64,000 bases of DNA from Bacteroidota bacterium (GTDB lineage Bacteria > Bacteroidota > Bacteroidia > UKL13-3), in contig CANGVA010000002.1 in the NCBI GenBank assembly GCA_947457395.1, positions 81,234 through 145,233 of the forward strand, read 5' to 3'. The notes under the pieces were generated by a model. It worked only from the letters and a program-made list of their open reading frames with translations, was not told where the DNA came from and did not search any database. The position numbers were made by a program, and so were the translations under genes. Position 1 is the first letter of the stretch; each line of letters opens with the position of its first letter. Positions 27,088-38,133 of the stretch are shown one piece after another.

Positions 27088-29295
27088 TTAAGTATTGGCT
27101 TCCGGTTGTGGTGGATTGTTATCTCCTTCCGGTCTTTCCCTGCGCTCCCTTTTAGGGGCATCAGTAAATCCTTCAGGTTTAGGCAACAAGGCCTTACGCG
27201 ATAACTTAAGCTTGCCCGTCTTTTTATCTATCTCAATCAACTTCACTTTTATCTCCTCACCTACTTGCAACACTCCTTCCATGCTTGGCAAACGCTTCCA
27301 GCTAATTTCACTGATGTGCAACAAGCCATCTTTACCCGGCAATATTTCAACAAAAGCACCAAAGTCTACAATAGTTTTTACTTTACCTGTATACTCATCT
27401 CCAACAACCGGTACCGCAACAATACCCTTTATGATGTTTACTGCTTTTTGCATGCTCTCACCATTGGTAGCTGCTACTTCTACAATACCGTTATTATCTA
27501 CTTCGGTAATAGAGATAGTAGTACCTGTATCTTTTTGTATGCCCTGAATTACTTTACCACCCGGCCCTATTACTGCACCAATAAATTCCTTATCAATAAT
27601 AATGGTTTGTATACGTGGTGCGTGTGGTTTGTAATCGGCATTTGGTTTGGCAATGGTCTTATTCATCTCGCCCATAATGTGCAAGCGACCTGCTCTAGCC
27701 TGATTTAATGCCTCTTCTACCATTTCCCATTTCAAGCCGTTGATTTTAATGTCCATCTGGCAAGCCACAATACCCTTGCTTGTTCCGACTACTTTAAAAT
27801 CCATGTCGCCCAAATGGTCTTCATCTCCTAAAATATCAGATAACACTGCATATTTTCCTGTTTTCTCATCAGTAATTAAACCCATGGCTATTCCGCTAAC
27901 AGCATCCTTTATTTTGATACCCGCATCCATCAGCGCAAGTGAACCTGCACAAACGGTTGCCATGGATGAAGATCCGTTAGATTCCAGAATATCGGATACA
28001 ATACGTATGGTATACGGACTTTCTTCCAAGCCAGGCAATACTCTTTTTAAACCACGCAGTGCCAGGTTTCCGTGACCAATTTCTCTTCGTCCAGGACCCC
28101 TGTTAGGTTTTACCTCTCCTGTAGAGAAAGACGGAAAATTATAGTGCAATAAAAATTTAGAGTACCCTGCGTTCATTGGCGCATCCAGCAACTGCTCATC
28201 CAGCTTAGTTCCTAATGTTACTGTTGTAAGTGACTGCGTTTCACCGCGAGTAAAAACTGCTGAACCGTGTGCGGCAGGCAAATAATTTACCTCACTCCAG
28301 ATAGGGCGAATCTGATCCAAATTACGCCCGTCCAAACGTGTTCTTTCGTTTAGAATCATGGCTCGCACAGCATCATACTCTACATGATGAAAATATTTAT
28401 TGATTAAAAATTTATCAGGAGTAGCCTCGCCACCTTCCGGATAATTCAATGCCACAAACTCTTCGCGTATGGATTTGAATGCAGCACTGCGCTCTGACTT
28501 GCCTAATCTTGATTTTGCAGCGGCAAATACTTTGTCATAAGCAAACTCGCGTATTTTTTGTTCCAGTGCTTCATCGCTGCGCTCATGGTTGTATGCGCGG
28601 GTAGGCTTGCGTCCACCCATCATATCACAAAGCTCCCACTGCACTTTACACTGCTTTTTAATGGCATCGTGCGCTACTTTCAACGCTTCCAGCATATCTA
28701 CTTCGCTCACTTCGGCACATTCGCCCTCCACCATGTTCAAGTCATGCTCGGTTCCGGCCACAATCAGGTCCATATCTGCTTGGGCCAGTTCACTAATGGT
28801 AGGATTAAGTTTAAACTGCCCGTTGATACGTGCCACACGAACCTCCGAAATAGGTCCGTTAAAAGGGATGTCGCTTACCATTAAAGCAGCAGAAGCTGCC
28901 AATCCTACCAGGCAATCCGGTAAGAGGTTTTTATCTGCAGAAATAAGCTGCAGCATAATTTGTGTATCGGCATGGTAATCTTCAGGGAAAAGCGGGCGCA
29001 GTGCACGATCAACCAATCGGCTAACCAGCACTTCATAGTCACTCAGCTTTGCTTCGCGCTTATGAAAGCTTCCTGGGATGCGGCCTACGGCAGCAAATTT
29101 TTCCTGATAATCTACTGTAAGTGGCATAAAATCCACATCTTCTTTGGCTTCTTTAGCCGAAACGGCTGTTGCCAGAATCATGGTGTCGCCCATACGAACC
29201 ACCACTGAACCATCGGCCTGTTTGGCCAATTTTCCTGTCTCGATAGAGATGGACCTTCCATCTCCCAGATCAAATGTTTTTGTTGTTACTTGCAT
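27088..29295 (-). CDS. pnp: Polyribonucleotide nucleotidyltransferase (PNPase)
   Basis: Full-length conservation ([14 protein letters not shown]...), two RNase PH domains, KH and S1 domains. Confidence 0.95.
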   Translation of the reverse strand: MQVTTKTFDLGDGRSISIETGKLAKQADGSVVVRMGDTMILATAVSAKEAKEDVDFMPLTVDYQEKFAAVGRIPGSFHKREAKLSDYEVLVSRLVDRALRPLFPEDYHADTQIMLQLISADKNLLPDCLVGLAASAALMVSDIPFNGPISEVRVARINGQFKLNPTISELAQADMDLIVAGTEHDLNMVEGECAEVSEVDMLEALKVAHDAIKKQCKVQWELCDMMGGRKPTRAYNHERSDEALEQKIREFAYDKVFAAAKSRLGKSERSAAFKSIREEFVALNYPEGGEATPDKFLINKYFHHVEYDAVRAMILNERTRLDGRNLDQIRPIWSEVNYLPAAHGSAVFTRGETQSLTTVTLGTKLDEQLLDAPMNAGYSKFLLHYNFPSFSTGEVKPNRGPGRREIGHGNLALRGLKRVLPGLEESPYTIRIVSDILESNGSSSMATVCAGSLALMDAGIKIKDAVSGIAMGLITDEKTGKYAVLSDILGDEDHLGDMDFKVVGTSKGIVACQMDIKINGLKWEMVEEALNQARAGRLHIMGEMNKTIAKPNADYKPHAPRIQTIIIDKEFIGAVIGPGGKVIQGIQKDTGTTISITEVDNNGIVEVAATNGESMQKAVNIIKGIVAVPVVGDEYTGKVKTIVDFGAFVEILPGKDGLLHISEISWKRLPSMEGVLQVGEEIKVKLIEIDKKTGKLKLSRKALLPKPEGFTDAPKRERRERPEGDNNPPQPEANT

Positions 29296-29479
29296 ATAAT
29301 TTTCATCTTGCCGCGTTTTACATCAGCACGCTTCCGGTGCGGCCGGCCAAAGTGTACCTTTTATAAAAAGAAAGCAGAGCTTTTTAAGGCCCTGCTTTTA
29401 ATGTTTAATGTGATTGGAATAAGATACGAAAAGGATTACTAGTCCAATGTAATACCCTTCTTCCTTTGAAATCCATGTT

Positions 29480-29755
29480 TTACTTACGAATATCGAGTTC
29501 TTTGATAATCGCCCTGTACCGGAAGATATCAGTTTTCATTAAATAATCGAGTAGAGCACGCCTTTTACCTACGAGTTTAACCAGGCTCAATTCAGCTGAA
29601 AAATCCTTTTTGTTGGTTTTCAGGTGGTCTGAAATGTGGTTGATGCGGTGAGTAAACAGCGCGATCTGACTCTCAGCTGAGCCTGTGTCTATCTTAGACT
29701 TGGCTTTACCGTACTTTTCGAAGATTCCTTGCTTCGTTTCAGTGGTCAAATGCAT
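29480..29755 (-). CDS. rpsO: 30S ribosomal protein S15
   Basis: 91 aa. Conserved S15 sequence (LVKLVGKRRALLDYL) in the classical position upstream of pnp. Confidence 0.9.
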   Translation of the reverse strand: MHLTTETKQGIFEKYGKAKSKIDTGSAESQIALFTHRINHISDHLKTNKKDFSAELSLVKLVGKRRALLDYLMKTDIFRYRAIIKELDIRK

Positions 29756-29856
29756 TGCTTTTGGTTATTAATTGTTTAAAAATAAATAATTGGGCTGCGA
29801 AGATAGGCAAATTTGTGGTTTTGCCAAATCCGATTGCCATCCGATTTTATGGCTGC

Positions 29857-30699
29857 TTATGCCAACATTCTGAGTAGCTTACCAAGCCTACTCTTAAGTT
29901 CAGTTCGGTTCACAATCATATCTACAAAGCCATGTTCCAGCAAAAATTCAGAACTTTGAAAGCCTTTAGGCAAGTCTTTGCCTATAGTTTCGCGGATTAC
30001 ACGAGGACCTGCAAATCCTATCAGTGCCTCTGGCTCAGCTATATTAAAATCTCCCAGCATGGCAAATGATGCGGTGACACCGCCTGTGGTTGGATCAGTT
30101 AACAAGGAAATATAAGGAATACCTTCTTTGGCCAACAATGCGAGTTTAGCCGATGTTTTGGCCATTTGCATTAATGAAAACGCGGCCTCCATCATACGTG
30201 CACCTCCTGATTTGGAAATAACCATAACAGGTATTCTGTTTTCACGGGCATAATCTATGGCGCGAGCAATTTTTTCTCCCACCACACTACCCATTGAGCC
30301 TCCGATAAAATTAAAATCCATGCAGGCTACTACCAAAGGCATCTCCTCTACCTTGCCAACACCAACACGCAAGGCATCGCTTAGTCCTGATTTTTTTTGT
30401 GATTCGGTTAATCTGGATTTATAGTCTTTGGTATCGTAAAACCCAAGCGGGTCGGTTGGTTTAATATTGGCAAACAATTCTGCGTAAGCCCCTTCGTCAA
30501 ATAATAAACCAAAGTATTCCGCTGAGCCTATCTTGTCGTGATAATTGCAGGATGGGCAAACATAGCAATTGGCCTCATGATCTTTGGCTACTACCGCTTT
30601 TTTGCAGCGCGGGCACTTATGCCATAAGCCATCAGGTACCGATTTTTTCTCATCGGTTGGGGTAATGATGCCTTCTTTAACACGTTTAAACCAACTCAT
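29857..30699 (-). CDS. accD: Acetyl-CoA carboxylase carboxyltransferase subunit beta
   Basis: Zn-ribbon [23 protein letters not shown] and the carboxyltransferase domain. Confidence 0.9.
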   Translation of the reverse strand: MSWFKRVKEGIITPTDEKKSVPDGLWHKCPRCKKAVVAKDHEANCYVCPSCNYHDKIGSAEYFGLLFDEGAYAELFANIKPTDPLGFYDTKDYKSRLTESQKKSGLSDALRVGVGKVEEMPLVVACMDFNFIGGSMGSVVGEKIARAIDYARENRIPVMVISKSGGARMMEAAFSLMQMAKTSAKLALLAKEGIPYISLLTDPTTGGVTASFAMLGDFNIAEPEALIGFAGPRVIRETIGKDLPKGFQSSEFLLEHGFVDMIVNRTELKSRLGKLLRMLA

Positions 30700-30782
30700 T
30701 TAGTTGCAAATTAGTATTGGGTTGTAAAAAGCAAAATGGTTGATTAGGTTAACCTAACCAACCACAAGCTTCTTATATTTTG

Positions 30783-31835
30783 TTACGCTAAGGTAATAGA
30801 ATTATCTAAATAAACATCTTGAATGGCATTAAGCAGGGCCACACCATCTTTTACAGGTTTTTGGAATGCCTTACGCCCTGAAATTAAGCCTTGTCCACCA
30901 GCACGCTTGTTTACTACAGCTGTATAAACAGCCTCAGCCATATCGCTTGCACCTTTACTTTCGCCACCAGAATTAATAAGCCCCTGACGACCCATGTAGC
31001 AATTGGCCACCTGATAACGTGCCAAATCAATTGGGTGGTTTGATGAAAGTTCGGTGTATACTTTATCGTGTGTTTTGCCAAAACTTAATGCAGTATATCC
31101 GCCATTATTTGTTGGTAATTTTTGTTTAATGATATCAGCCTGAATGGTAACTCCCAGGTGGTTTGCCTGGCCGGTTAAATCGGCAGCTGTATGATAATCT
31201 ACTCCATCTTTTTTAAACGCACCATTGCGCAGGTAGCACCATAAAATGGTAGCCATGCCTAACTCATGCGCACGCTCAAATGCCGCTGCCACTTCCTGAA
31301 TTTGTCTGGCTGATTCATCTGAACCAAAGTAAATGGTAGCACCAACAGCAACAGCACCTAAATTCCACGCTTCATCTACTGATCCAAACATTATTTGGTC
31401 GAATTTATTTGGGTATGAAAGAAACTCGTTGTGGTTTATTTTAACGATGAAGGGTATTTTGTGCGCATACTTGCGCGAGCAAGACGCTAGCACTCCATAA
31501 GTAGAGGCTACAGCATTGCAACCACCTTCAATAGCCAGTTTCACAATATTTTCAGGATCGAAATAGGCTGGTGCCGGTGCAAATGAGGCGCCTGCCGAGT
31601 GTTCAATACCTTGATCTACCGGAAGGATGGATAAATAACCTGTATTTGCTAGGCGACCTGTACCGTATAATGCCTGTAAACTGCGCAATACCTGAGGATT
31701 ACGATTTGACGGACCAAAAATTCTTTCTACAAAATCAGGACCTGGTGCGTGGATACTGCTTTTGCTAATGGTTTTACATTCATGTTTTAACAGGCTGTCG
31801 GCCTTATCTCCCAGTAATTCAACTGTTTTGCTCAT
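30783..31835 (-). CDS. fbaB: Class I fructose-bisphosphate aldolase (FbaB-type)
   Basis: Near-colinear similarity to E. coli FbaB (LGKDADNLLQHRC..., [33 protein letters not shown]). Confidence 0.85.
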   Translation of the reverse strand: MSKTVELLGDKADSLLKHECKTISKSSIHAPGPDFVERIFGPSNRNPQVLRSLQALYGTGRLANTGYLSILPVDQGIEHSAGASFAPAPAYFDPENIVKLAIEGGCNAVASTYGVLASCSRKYAHKIPFIVKINHNEFLSYPNKFDQIMFGSVDEAWNLGAVAVGATIYFGSDESARQIQEVAAAFERAHELGMATILWCYLRNGAFKKDGVDYHTAADLTGQANHLGVTIQADIIKQKLPTNNGGYTALSFGKTHDKVYTELSSNHPIDLARYQVANCYMGRQGLINSGGESKGASDMAEAVYTAVVNKRAGGQGLISGRKAFQKPVKDGVALLNAIQDVYLDNSITLA

Positions 31836-31890
31836 AACGGTAGTTTAAATTAAGTTTGCAAACATAACCTTTTTTTCTGAACCCATAATT

Positions 31891-32313
31891 ATGATTGTAC
31901 TGAGGAGAGTTTTACATGCCGATGAGGTAGTGCTTGCAAGGCAAATCAGAGCTGAAGTGTTTATAAATGAAATGGGGCGTATGCCACATATGGAATGGGA
32001 ACATGAAGAAGAAGCTACTGTTTATATGGCCTATATGAATACTATTCCCATTGGTACAGCACGCTATCTTATAAGTTCAGAGGGTATAGAATTACAACGG
32101 TTTGCCATATTACCGGCCTATCGGAGACAAGGTGCAGGTTCGTTGCTTTTACAGCACTTACTTAACGAGGTTAAAGACTTAGGTAAGCCCATTTTTTTGC
32201 ATACCTACATGCAAACGATTGGATTTTATGCCAAAGCAAACTTTGTGTGCAATGGGAACCCCTATATTTATCCGGATGACGGGATTGCTTATGTGCGAAT
32301 GGTTAAGTTATAG
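31891..32313 (+). CDS. GNAT family N-acetyltransferase
   Basis: AcCoA-binding motif RRQGAGSLLLQHL. Confidence 0.6.
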   Translation: MIVLRRVLHADEVVLARQIRAEVFINEMGRMPHMEWEHEEEATVYMAYMNTIPIGTARYLISSEGIELQRFAILPAYRRQGAGSLLLQHLLNEVKDLGKPIFLHTYMQTIGFYAKANFVCNGNPYIYPDDGIAYVRMVKL

Positions 32314-32345
32314 AAGAGAAGAAATACTGCCGTTATATGGCTATC

Positions 32346-35225
32346 CTAGGCTAAGCCAAATTCTTTCTTTAAGAACTTGCCCGTATGGCTCCGTTTCTCC
32401 TTACATAATTGTTCAGGTGTTCCCTCAAATAATATTTCGCCTCCATATTTTCCTCCTTCAGGCCCCAAATCAATTACATGGTCTGCTACTTTTATCACAT
32501 CCATATTATGCTCTATAACCAAAACCGTATTGCCCTTTTCAACCAGTTTCTGCAACACTTCGAGCAATACACGTACATCTTCAAAATGCAATCCGGTGGT
32601 TGGCTCATCTAAGATATAAAAAGTGTTTCCAGTATCGCGCTTGCTTAATTCGGTTGCCAGTTTTACCCGCTGTGCTTCACCCCCACTTAAGGTAGTGCTT
32701 TGCTGCCCTAAAGTAATATAGCCCAAACCTACTTGATACAGAGTTTCTATTTTCCTTAAAATATGTGGTGTGTTTTCAAAAAAGGCTACGGCCTCCTCAA
32801 TGGGCATATCCAGCACATCATTAATACTTTTGCCTTTGTAGCGCACCTCCAGGGTTTCTCGGTTATATCTTTTGCCATTGCAGGTTTCGCATGTTACATA
32901 AACATCAGGCAAAAAGTTCATTTCTATGGTTCGCATGCCGGCACCCTGGCAGGTTTCACAACGACCACCTTTTACATTAAAAGAAAATCTACCGGGTTTG
33001 TACCCGCGAATTTTAGCTTCGGGCAAATTGGCAAACAAATTTCTGATATCACTGAAAACTTCAACGTAGGTAGCAGGATTGCTTCTTGGTGTGCGCCCAA
33101 TTGGGCTCTGATCAATTTCAATCACCTTATCGATATGTTCCAACCCTTTCACTTCTTTATATGAAAGCGGTTTCTGATGCGATCCGTAAAAATGTTGCCT
33201 CAAAATAGGATATAGCGTTTCGTTAATAAGGGTTGACTTACCGCTACCGCTAACACCGCTAACACAAATAAATTTACCCAGCGGAAAGTCAACCGAAATA
33301 TTTTTTAAATTATTGCCATTTGCACCTTTGATGTTTAACTTTTTTCCGTTCCCTTTTCTACGCTGCTTTGGTACCTCTATTTCTTTTTTGCCACTGAGGT
33401 ATTGTGCCGTAAGAGAATCGGCCTGCATGATATCAGCCAGCGTTCCTTGCGCAGCTACATGGCCGCCATGCATGCCAGCTCCGTATCCGAGGTCAAGAAT
33501 AAAATCACTCTCGGCCATCATATCCTTATCGTGCTCCACCACTATTACACTGTTACCTACATCCCTTAATTCTTTGAGCGAATCAATTAATCGGTTGTTA
33601 TCGCGCTGGTGTAGCCCAATACTAGGCTCATCTAAAATGTAAAGCACCCCCACCAGCTGCGAACCTATTTGCGTGGCCAGTCTGATTCGCTGGGCCTCAC
33701 CACCGCTAAGCGATCTTGCTGGCGAATGAAGGGTAAGATAATCAATACCCACTCCCAACAGGAACTTAATTCGGCTTCTTATTTCCTTTAAAATTTCTGT
33801 TGCAATTTTTTGTTGCTTTTCATCCAGATATTTTTCTGCATCATTAAACCATTCTGCAAGTGCGGTTATTTCCAAGGCAGCCAGTTCTGCTATATTCTTA
33901 TTGCCAATTTTATAATGCAATGCTTCTTGTTTTAGGCGAGCACCATTGCAACTCGGGCATTTATCAATGGTCATAAATTCCTCGGCCCACCTTACTACAC
34001 TGTCTGAGCTTCTTGCATGATAATGACGAGTAATAAAAGGAATCAGCCCTTCCCAGTTTGAGTTGAAATTTTGCGTGTAACCACTATTATAAGTATATGG
34101 TACAATGATAGGCTCATCGGTTCCATGTAAAATAACATCCAGCGCCTCCCTTTTGATTTTTTCAATTGGGTCGGCAAAACTGAATTTATATTTTTTTGCC
34201 AGCTCACGCAGTTGCAAAAAAGTCCAGTTATCTCTTGGTTCGCCCAAAGGCACTATGGCTCCTTTGTTTATGCTCAATGTTTTATCAGGAATGATGTTGT
34301 TTTCATCCAGCGCACTTACCACTCCAAGTCCATCACATTTGGTGCAAGCGCCATAAGGAGAATTAAAAGAGAAGGTATTGGGCTGCGGCTCATCATAACT
34401 AACACCGCTTTTCGGGTCCATTAAAAATTTACTGAAATGATACGCCTTGCCGGATTGTCCATCGCCTTCAATGAGCACAAGGGTTCCCTTACCCATCTTG
34501 AGTGCACTGCGTACGCTTTCACCAATTCTGAAACGGGCATCTTTTCTCGGCTCAATACGATCAATGAGTACTTCTATATCATGTATCTTATATCGATCGG
34601 CCTGCATTTTCGGAACAAGGTCTTTCAATTCCCCATCCACTCGCACCTTGGTAAAACCCTGTTTACGTATTTGTTCAAACAACTCTCGGTAATGACCTTT
34701 TCTTCCCTTAATAAGTGGGGCTAGGATGGAAATCTTTTTGTTTTCAAACTGCTGTATAATGGCTCCAACAATTTGCTCCTCCGTCATTTTTATCATCTTC
34801 TCGCCACTAACATAACTGTAAGCATCAGCAACGCGGGCAAACAGCAGACGCATAAAATCATAAATTTCTGTAATGGTGCCAACGGTAGAACGCGGGTTTT
34901 TATTGACCGTTTTTTGCTCAATGGAAATAACCGGAGAAAGGCCATTAATTTTATCTACATCGGGCCGCTCCATATTGCCAATAAACTGCCGGGCATAGGC
35001 GCTAAAACTCTCCATATACCTGCGCTGACCTTCAGCAAAAATTGTATCAAAGGCTAAAGAAGATTTGCCACTGCCGCTTAGGCCGGTAATGGTAACCAGC
35101 TTATTGCGCGGAATACGCACATCAATATTTTTCAGGTTATGCTCACGCGCACCCAAAACATCTATATACGAATCTTCTTCAGTCTGTTGTACCGCGGAAT
35201 TTTCTACCTGCTTTGTCTTCACCAT
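32346..35225 (-). CDS. uvrA: Excinuclease ABC subunit A
   Basis: Two ABC ATPase modules (GLSGSGKSSLAF, GVSGSGKSTLI), zinc fingers and a length of 959 aa. Confidence 0.95.
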   Translation of the reverse strand: MVKTKQVENSAVQQTEEDSYIDVLGAREHNLKNIDVRIPRNKLVTITGLSGSGKSSLAFDTIFAEGQRRYMESFSAYARQFIGNMERPDVDKINGLSPVISIEQKTVNKNPRSTVGTITEIYDFMRLLFARVADAYSYVSGEKMIKMTEEQIVGAIIQQFENKKISILAPLIKGRKGHYRELFEQIRKQGFTKVRVDGELKDLVPKMQADRYKIHDIEVLIDRIEPRKDARFRIGESVRSALKMGKGTLVLIEGDGQSGKAYHFSKFLMDPKSGVSYDEPQPNTFSFNSPYGACTKCDGLGVVSALDENNIIPDKTLSINKGAIVPLGEPRDNWTFLQLRELAKKYKFSFADPIEKIKREALDVILHGTDEPIIVPYTYNSGYTQNFNSNWEGLIPFITRHYHARSSDSVVRWAEEFMTIDKCPSCNGARLKQEALHYKIGNKNIAELAALEITALAEWFNDAEKYLDEKQQKIATEILKEIRSRIKFLLGVGIDYLTLHSPARSLSGGEAQRIRLATQIGSQLVGVLYILDEPSIGLHQRDNNRLIDSLKELRDVGNSVIVVEHDKDMMAESDFILDLGYGAGMHGGHVAAQGTLADIMQADSLTAQYLSGKKEIEVPKQRRKGNGKKLNIKGANGNNLKNISVDFPLGKFICVSGVSGSGKSTLINETLYPILRQHFYGSHQKPLSYKEVKGLEHIDKVIEIDQSPIGRTPRSNPATYVEVFSDIRNLFANLPEAKIRGYKPGRFSFNVKGGRCETCQGAGMRTIEMNFLPDVYVTCETCNGKRYNRETLEVRYKGKSINDVLDMPIEEAVAFFENTPHILRKIETLYQVGLGYITLGQQSTTLSGGEAQRVKLATELSKRDTGNTFYILDEPTTGLHFEDVRVLLEVLQKLVEKGNTVLVIEHNMDVIKVADHVIDLGPEGGKYGGEILFEGTPEQLCKEKRSHTGKFLKKEFGLA

Positions 35226-35354
35226 TTTTTTCAGCGTTGAAACAATGATACACTATTACTTAACCAACTCAAAGTAGCCATGATTGTTTAATATAAAATA
35301 TTTGTGGCTGATTATGAGTAAAAGAATTTAACATCCGGTGAAAAGATTAACCTT

Positions 35355-35921
35355 CTAACCTAGCCTTCGCTGCATGGTATGCTGCACTTGCGCATATAAC
35401 TGCAGTGGGCTTAATTTTCTCCATATCATCTGATCTAGTTCGCCACCAAATATTATAAAGTAATCAATATTGGCCTGGGTAAATTCCGACCGCACATGCT
35501 CTTGAAAATTCAATGCAACAATCCATCCTTCTTCAATATCCTGAAACCACTCTTCATAATAGCTGTCATCGCTTGCATGAAAATTCAATACATTTTCACC
35601 AATTAAAATAAACTTATCAATTCCATTTTCCATCAGCACCTCCAGCACATCACGTTTTAAATACATGATATCATTGGTAATTGCATCATTCCACTCGCCA
35701 ATCATTTCAATAATGGCAAAGCCTTGCTGATAATCGGCATAAATGATTTTTATATATAACGTATGTGATCCAAAAAAATCCCATTGCGGATGCAAGAGGT
35801 AATTGTATACCTGATTGGTATATTCAAACTCACTGTATTCCTTTTGATAAAAGGGTGAGAACCGGTCGTCTTCAGAGCGGTAAAAATCTCTCCACCTGAA
35901 ATGTGGCTCTATATCCTGCAT
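35355..35921 (-). CDS. Hypothetical protein, acidic/aromatic-rich, 188 aa
   Basis: Long ORF with good coding statistics. No recognisable family. Confidence 0.4.
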   Translation of the reverse strand: MQDIEPHFRWRDFYRSEDDRFSPFYQKEYSEFEYTNQVYNYLLHPQWDFFGSHTLYIKIIYADYQQGFAIIEMIGEWNDAITNDIMYLKRDVLEVLMENGIDKFILIGENVLNFHASDDSYYEEWFQDIEEGWIVALNFQEHVRSEFTQANIDYFIIFGGELDQMIWRKLSPLQLYAQVQHTMQRRLG

Positions 35922-35982
35922 GTTTCAAAGTTAGTGCTGGGCAGCGGCTTTTCATTGCGTTTATACATTAATTTTCAAACAC

Positions 35983-36012
35983 TTTGATACTTCAGTGAAA
36001 AATGTATTTTTG
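35983..36012 (+). promoter_or_regulatory. Candidate Bacteroidota sigma-A promoter for metK
   Basis: TTG at 35983-35985, a 19-bp spacer and TATTTTTG (TAnnTTTG) at 36005-36012, about 45 nt upstream of the metK ATG. Confidence 0.35.
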
Positions 36013-36055
36013 CCGTGCTTTATTTCAATTAAACACTAAAATCTCATAACATAAC

Positions 36056-37309
36056 ATGTCGTATTTATTTACATCAGAGTCGGTAAGTGAAGGTCACCCC
36101 GACAAAGTTGCCGATCAGATTTCGGATGCACTTATTGATCACTTTCTTGCCTTCGACCCTGACTCGAAAGTTGCCTGTGAAACGTTGGTAACAACCGGCC
36201 AAGTGGTGCTAGCAGGCGAGGTAAAATCCAAGGCATACCTTGATGTGCAAAGCATTGCGCGCGAAGTAATAAAGAAAATAGGCTATACCAAAAGTGAGTA
36301 TATGTTTGAGGCAAACTCTTGTGGCGTTCTTTCTGCCATACACGAGCAAAGTGCAGATATCAATCAAGGAGTTGACCGCAAGAAAAAACAAGACCAAGGT
36401 GCAGGTGACCAGGGTATGATGTTTGGCTATGCTACTGCAGAAACTGATGATTACATGCCTTTGGCTTTAGACCTTGCTCATAAATTACTAATTGAACTTG
36501 CTGCCCTGCGCAGAGAAAATAAACAAATTAAATATCTGCGCCCTGACGCAAAATCTCAGGTTACATTGGAATACAATGATAAGAATGAACCTGTTCGTAT
36601 AGATTCAATTGTGGTATCAACCCAACACGATGATTTTGATACCGAGGCTAAAATGTTAGCCAAAATCAAGTCGGATATTGTTAATATTTTAATTCCGCGT
36701 GTTAAGTCTAAATATAAAAAATTTGCAAAGCTTTTTAACAACAATATTAAATACCATATTAACCCAACAGGCAAGTTTGTAATTGGCGGACCGCACGGAG
36801 ATACCGGTTTAACCGGCCGTAAAATTATTGTTGATACTTATGGCGGTAAAGGCGCACATGGTGGTGGTGCTTTCTCAGGAAAAGACCCTTCCAAAGTTGA
36901 CCGCAGTGCTGCTTATGCCACACGTCATATTGCTAAAAATCTGGTAGCTGCCGGTGTTTGCTCTGAAGTACTGGTGCAGGTATCATACGCTATTGGTGTT
37001 AAAGATCCAATGGGGATTTATATCAATACCTACGGAACATCCAAAGTAAAAATGAGTGATGGCGAGATTGCAAAAGTGGTAGAGAAGATATTTGACATGA
37101 CGCCATATGGTATTGAAACTCGCTTAAAATTACGTAACCCTATTTACAGTGAAACTGCTGCATACGGACACATGGGTCGTAAGAACGAGGTAGTAATTAA
37201 AACTTTTAACAGCCCCGATGGAAAAAGTATCAGCAAAAAAGTGGAATTATTTACTTGGGAAAAACTGGATTACGTAGAAAAAGTAAAGAAAGCATTTAAG
37301 CTAAAATAA
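36056..37309 (+). CDS. metK: S-adenosylmethionine synthetase
   Basis: [13 protein letters not shown] and [19 protein letters not shown] motifs. Confidence 0.95.
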   Translation: MSYLFTSESVSEGHPDKVADQISDALIDHFLAFDPDSKVACETLVTTGQVVLAGEVKSKAYLDVQSIAREVIKKIGYTKSEYMFEANSCGVLSAIHEQSADINQGVDRKKKQDQGAGDQGMMFGYATAETDDYMPLALDLAHKLLIELAALRRENKQIKYLRPDAKSQVTLEYNDKNEPVRIDSIVVSTQHDDFDTEAKMLAKIKSDIVNILIPRVKSKYKKFAKLFNNNIKYHINPTGKFVIGGPHGDTGLTGRKIIVDTYGGKGAHGGGAFSGKDPSKVDRSAAYATRHIAKNLVAAGVCSEVLVQVSYAIGVKDPMGIYINTYGTSKVKMSDGEIAKVVEKIFDMTPYGIETRLKLRNPIYSETAAYGHMGRKNEVVIKTFNSPDGKSISKKVELFTWEKLDYVEKVKKAFKLK

Positions 37310-37324
37310 TTTTTGCCAAGCTCC

Positions 37325-37363
37325 AAAAAAGGCTGACTTCGCTTTGAAGGCAGCCTTTTTTTT
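37325..37363. terminator. Bidirectional rho-independent terminator between convergent metK and the alpha/beta hydrolase gene
   Basis: AAAAAAGGCTGACTTC-N5-GAAGGCAGCCTTTTTTTT: a 10-bp stem with one mismatch, flanked by A and T tracts. Confidence 0.55.
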
Positions 37364-38132
37364 ATTGGTATTTTGAAATAGTTGTACAAAAATCTGCTAT
37401 GTATTGGCTGCATTGCTCTGCCTCTTCTATCATTCCCATATGTGCACTACTTTTCAGCAAGTAAAACGCGCTGCGCTTACAAAGAGTAGCTTGTTCGGCC
37501 AACTGACTTGCCTGTATCAACTCATCAGAACTGCCGGCAATAAAGCAAACAGGCAACTGTGTTTCTTTGAGCCAAGCTATTGAATCGGGTCTGCTACACA
37601 TCGCTTCTAGAGCGCTGATTAATGCATCAGGTGGTATCTTTTTTGCCTCATTTATTAACTCTTCAACCCTATTATGATTAACATACTGCAGATGAAAAAG
37701 TGGCGGAATAAATGATTTTACATAGGCTTCGGTACCATTGCCCTTTATAAATGCCATAGCTTGTTTACGTTTTTGTATCCGCTCCTCTGTATCGGCCGAG
37801 GCTGTGGAGTGAATAAGCCCCACACCCGATAAAGTATCCGCATACTTTTTGGCAAGAGCCAGTGCAACATAACCACCCATGGAATGTCCAAATAAAACAG
37901 GTTTGATTAGTTTTATAGAAACCATCGCCTCATAAACATAATCTGCCATATCCTCCATGCTCTTTGCTTTAACTGCACCTGCATTACCAAAGCCAGGCAA
38001 ATCAATACATACCACCCTGTAATGCTCCTTTAAAAACAGCACCTGCTCATTAAAGCAGGTGCTGTTTTCACAAAATCCGTGAAGTAATACAATAGTTTGA
38101 GGGCCTGTACCTATAATACGATAGGCCGGCAT
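37362..38132 (-). CDS. Alpha/beta hydrolase fold protein
   Basis: Nucleophile elbow GHSMGG and an HGF oxyanion region. Confidence 0.65.
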   Translation of the reverse strand: MPAYRIIGTGPQTIVLLHGFCENSTCFNEQVLFLKEHYRVVCIDLPGFGNAGAVKAKSMEDMADYVYEAMVSIKLIKPVLFGHSMGGYVALALAKKYADTLSGVGLIHSTASADTEERIQKRKQAMAFIKGNGTEAYVKSFIPPLFHLQYVNHNRVEELINEAKKIPPDALISALEAMCSRPDSIAWLKETQLPVCFIAGSSDELIQASQLAEQATLCKRSAFYLLKSSAHMGMIEEAEQCSQYIADFCTTISKYQ

Positions 38133-38133
38133 A

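Noticed and set aside
27095-29208. Multiple 80-150-aa ORFs on the plus strand inside pnp (27095..27547, 27265..27708, 27740..28075, 28558..28978, 28960..29208)
   Set aside because: They are antisense shadow ORFs within a highly conserved PNPase gene, with low-complexity translations and no family similarity. The same judgment applies to antisense ORFs inside czcA (14054..14251, 16404..16871, 17292..17561), uvrA, maeB, the T9SS gene, the TPR gene and others.
35922-36055. Possible SAM riboswitch upstream of metK
   Set aside because: A Bacteroidota-type promoter (TTG-N19-TATTTTTG) leaves only about 40 nt of leader. None of the SAM-I core elements, such as GAGGGA or the kink-turn, are present. 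SAM-II cannot be confirmed by eye. The region is therefore annotated as a promoter only.
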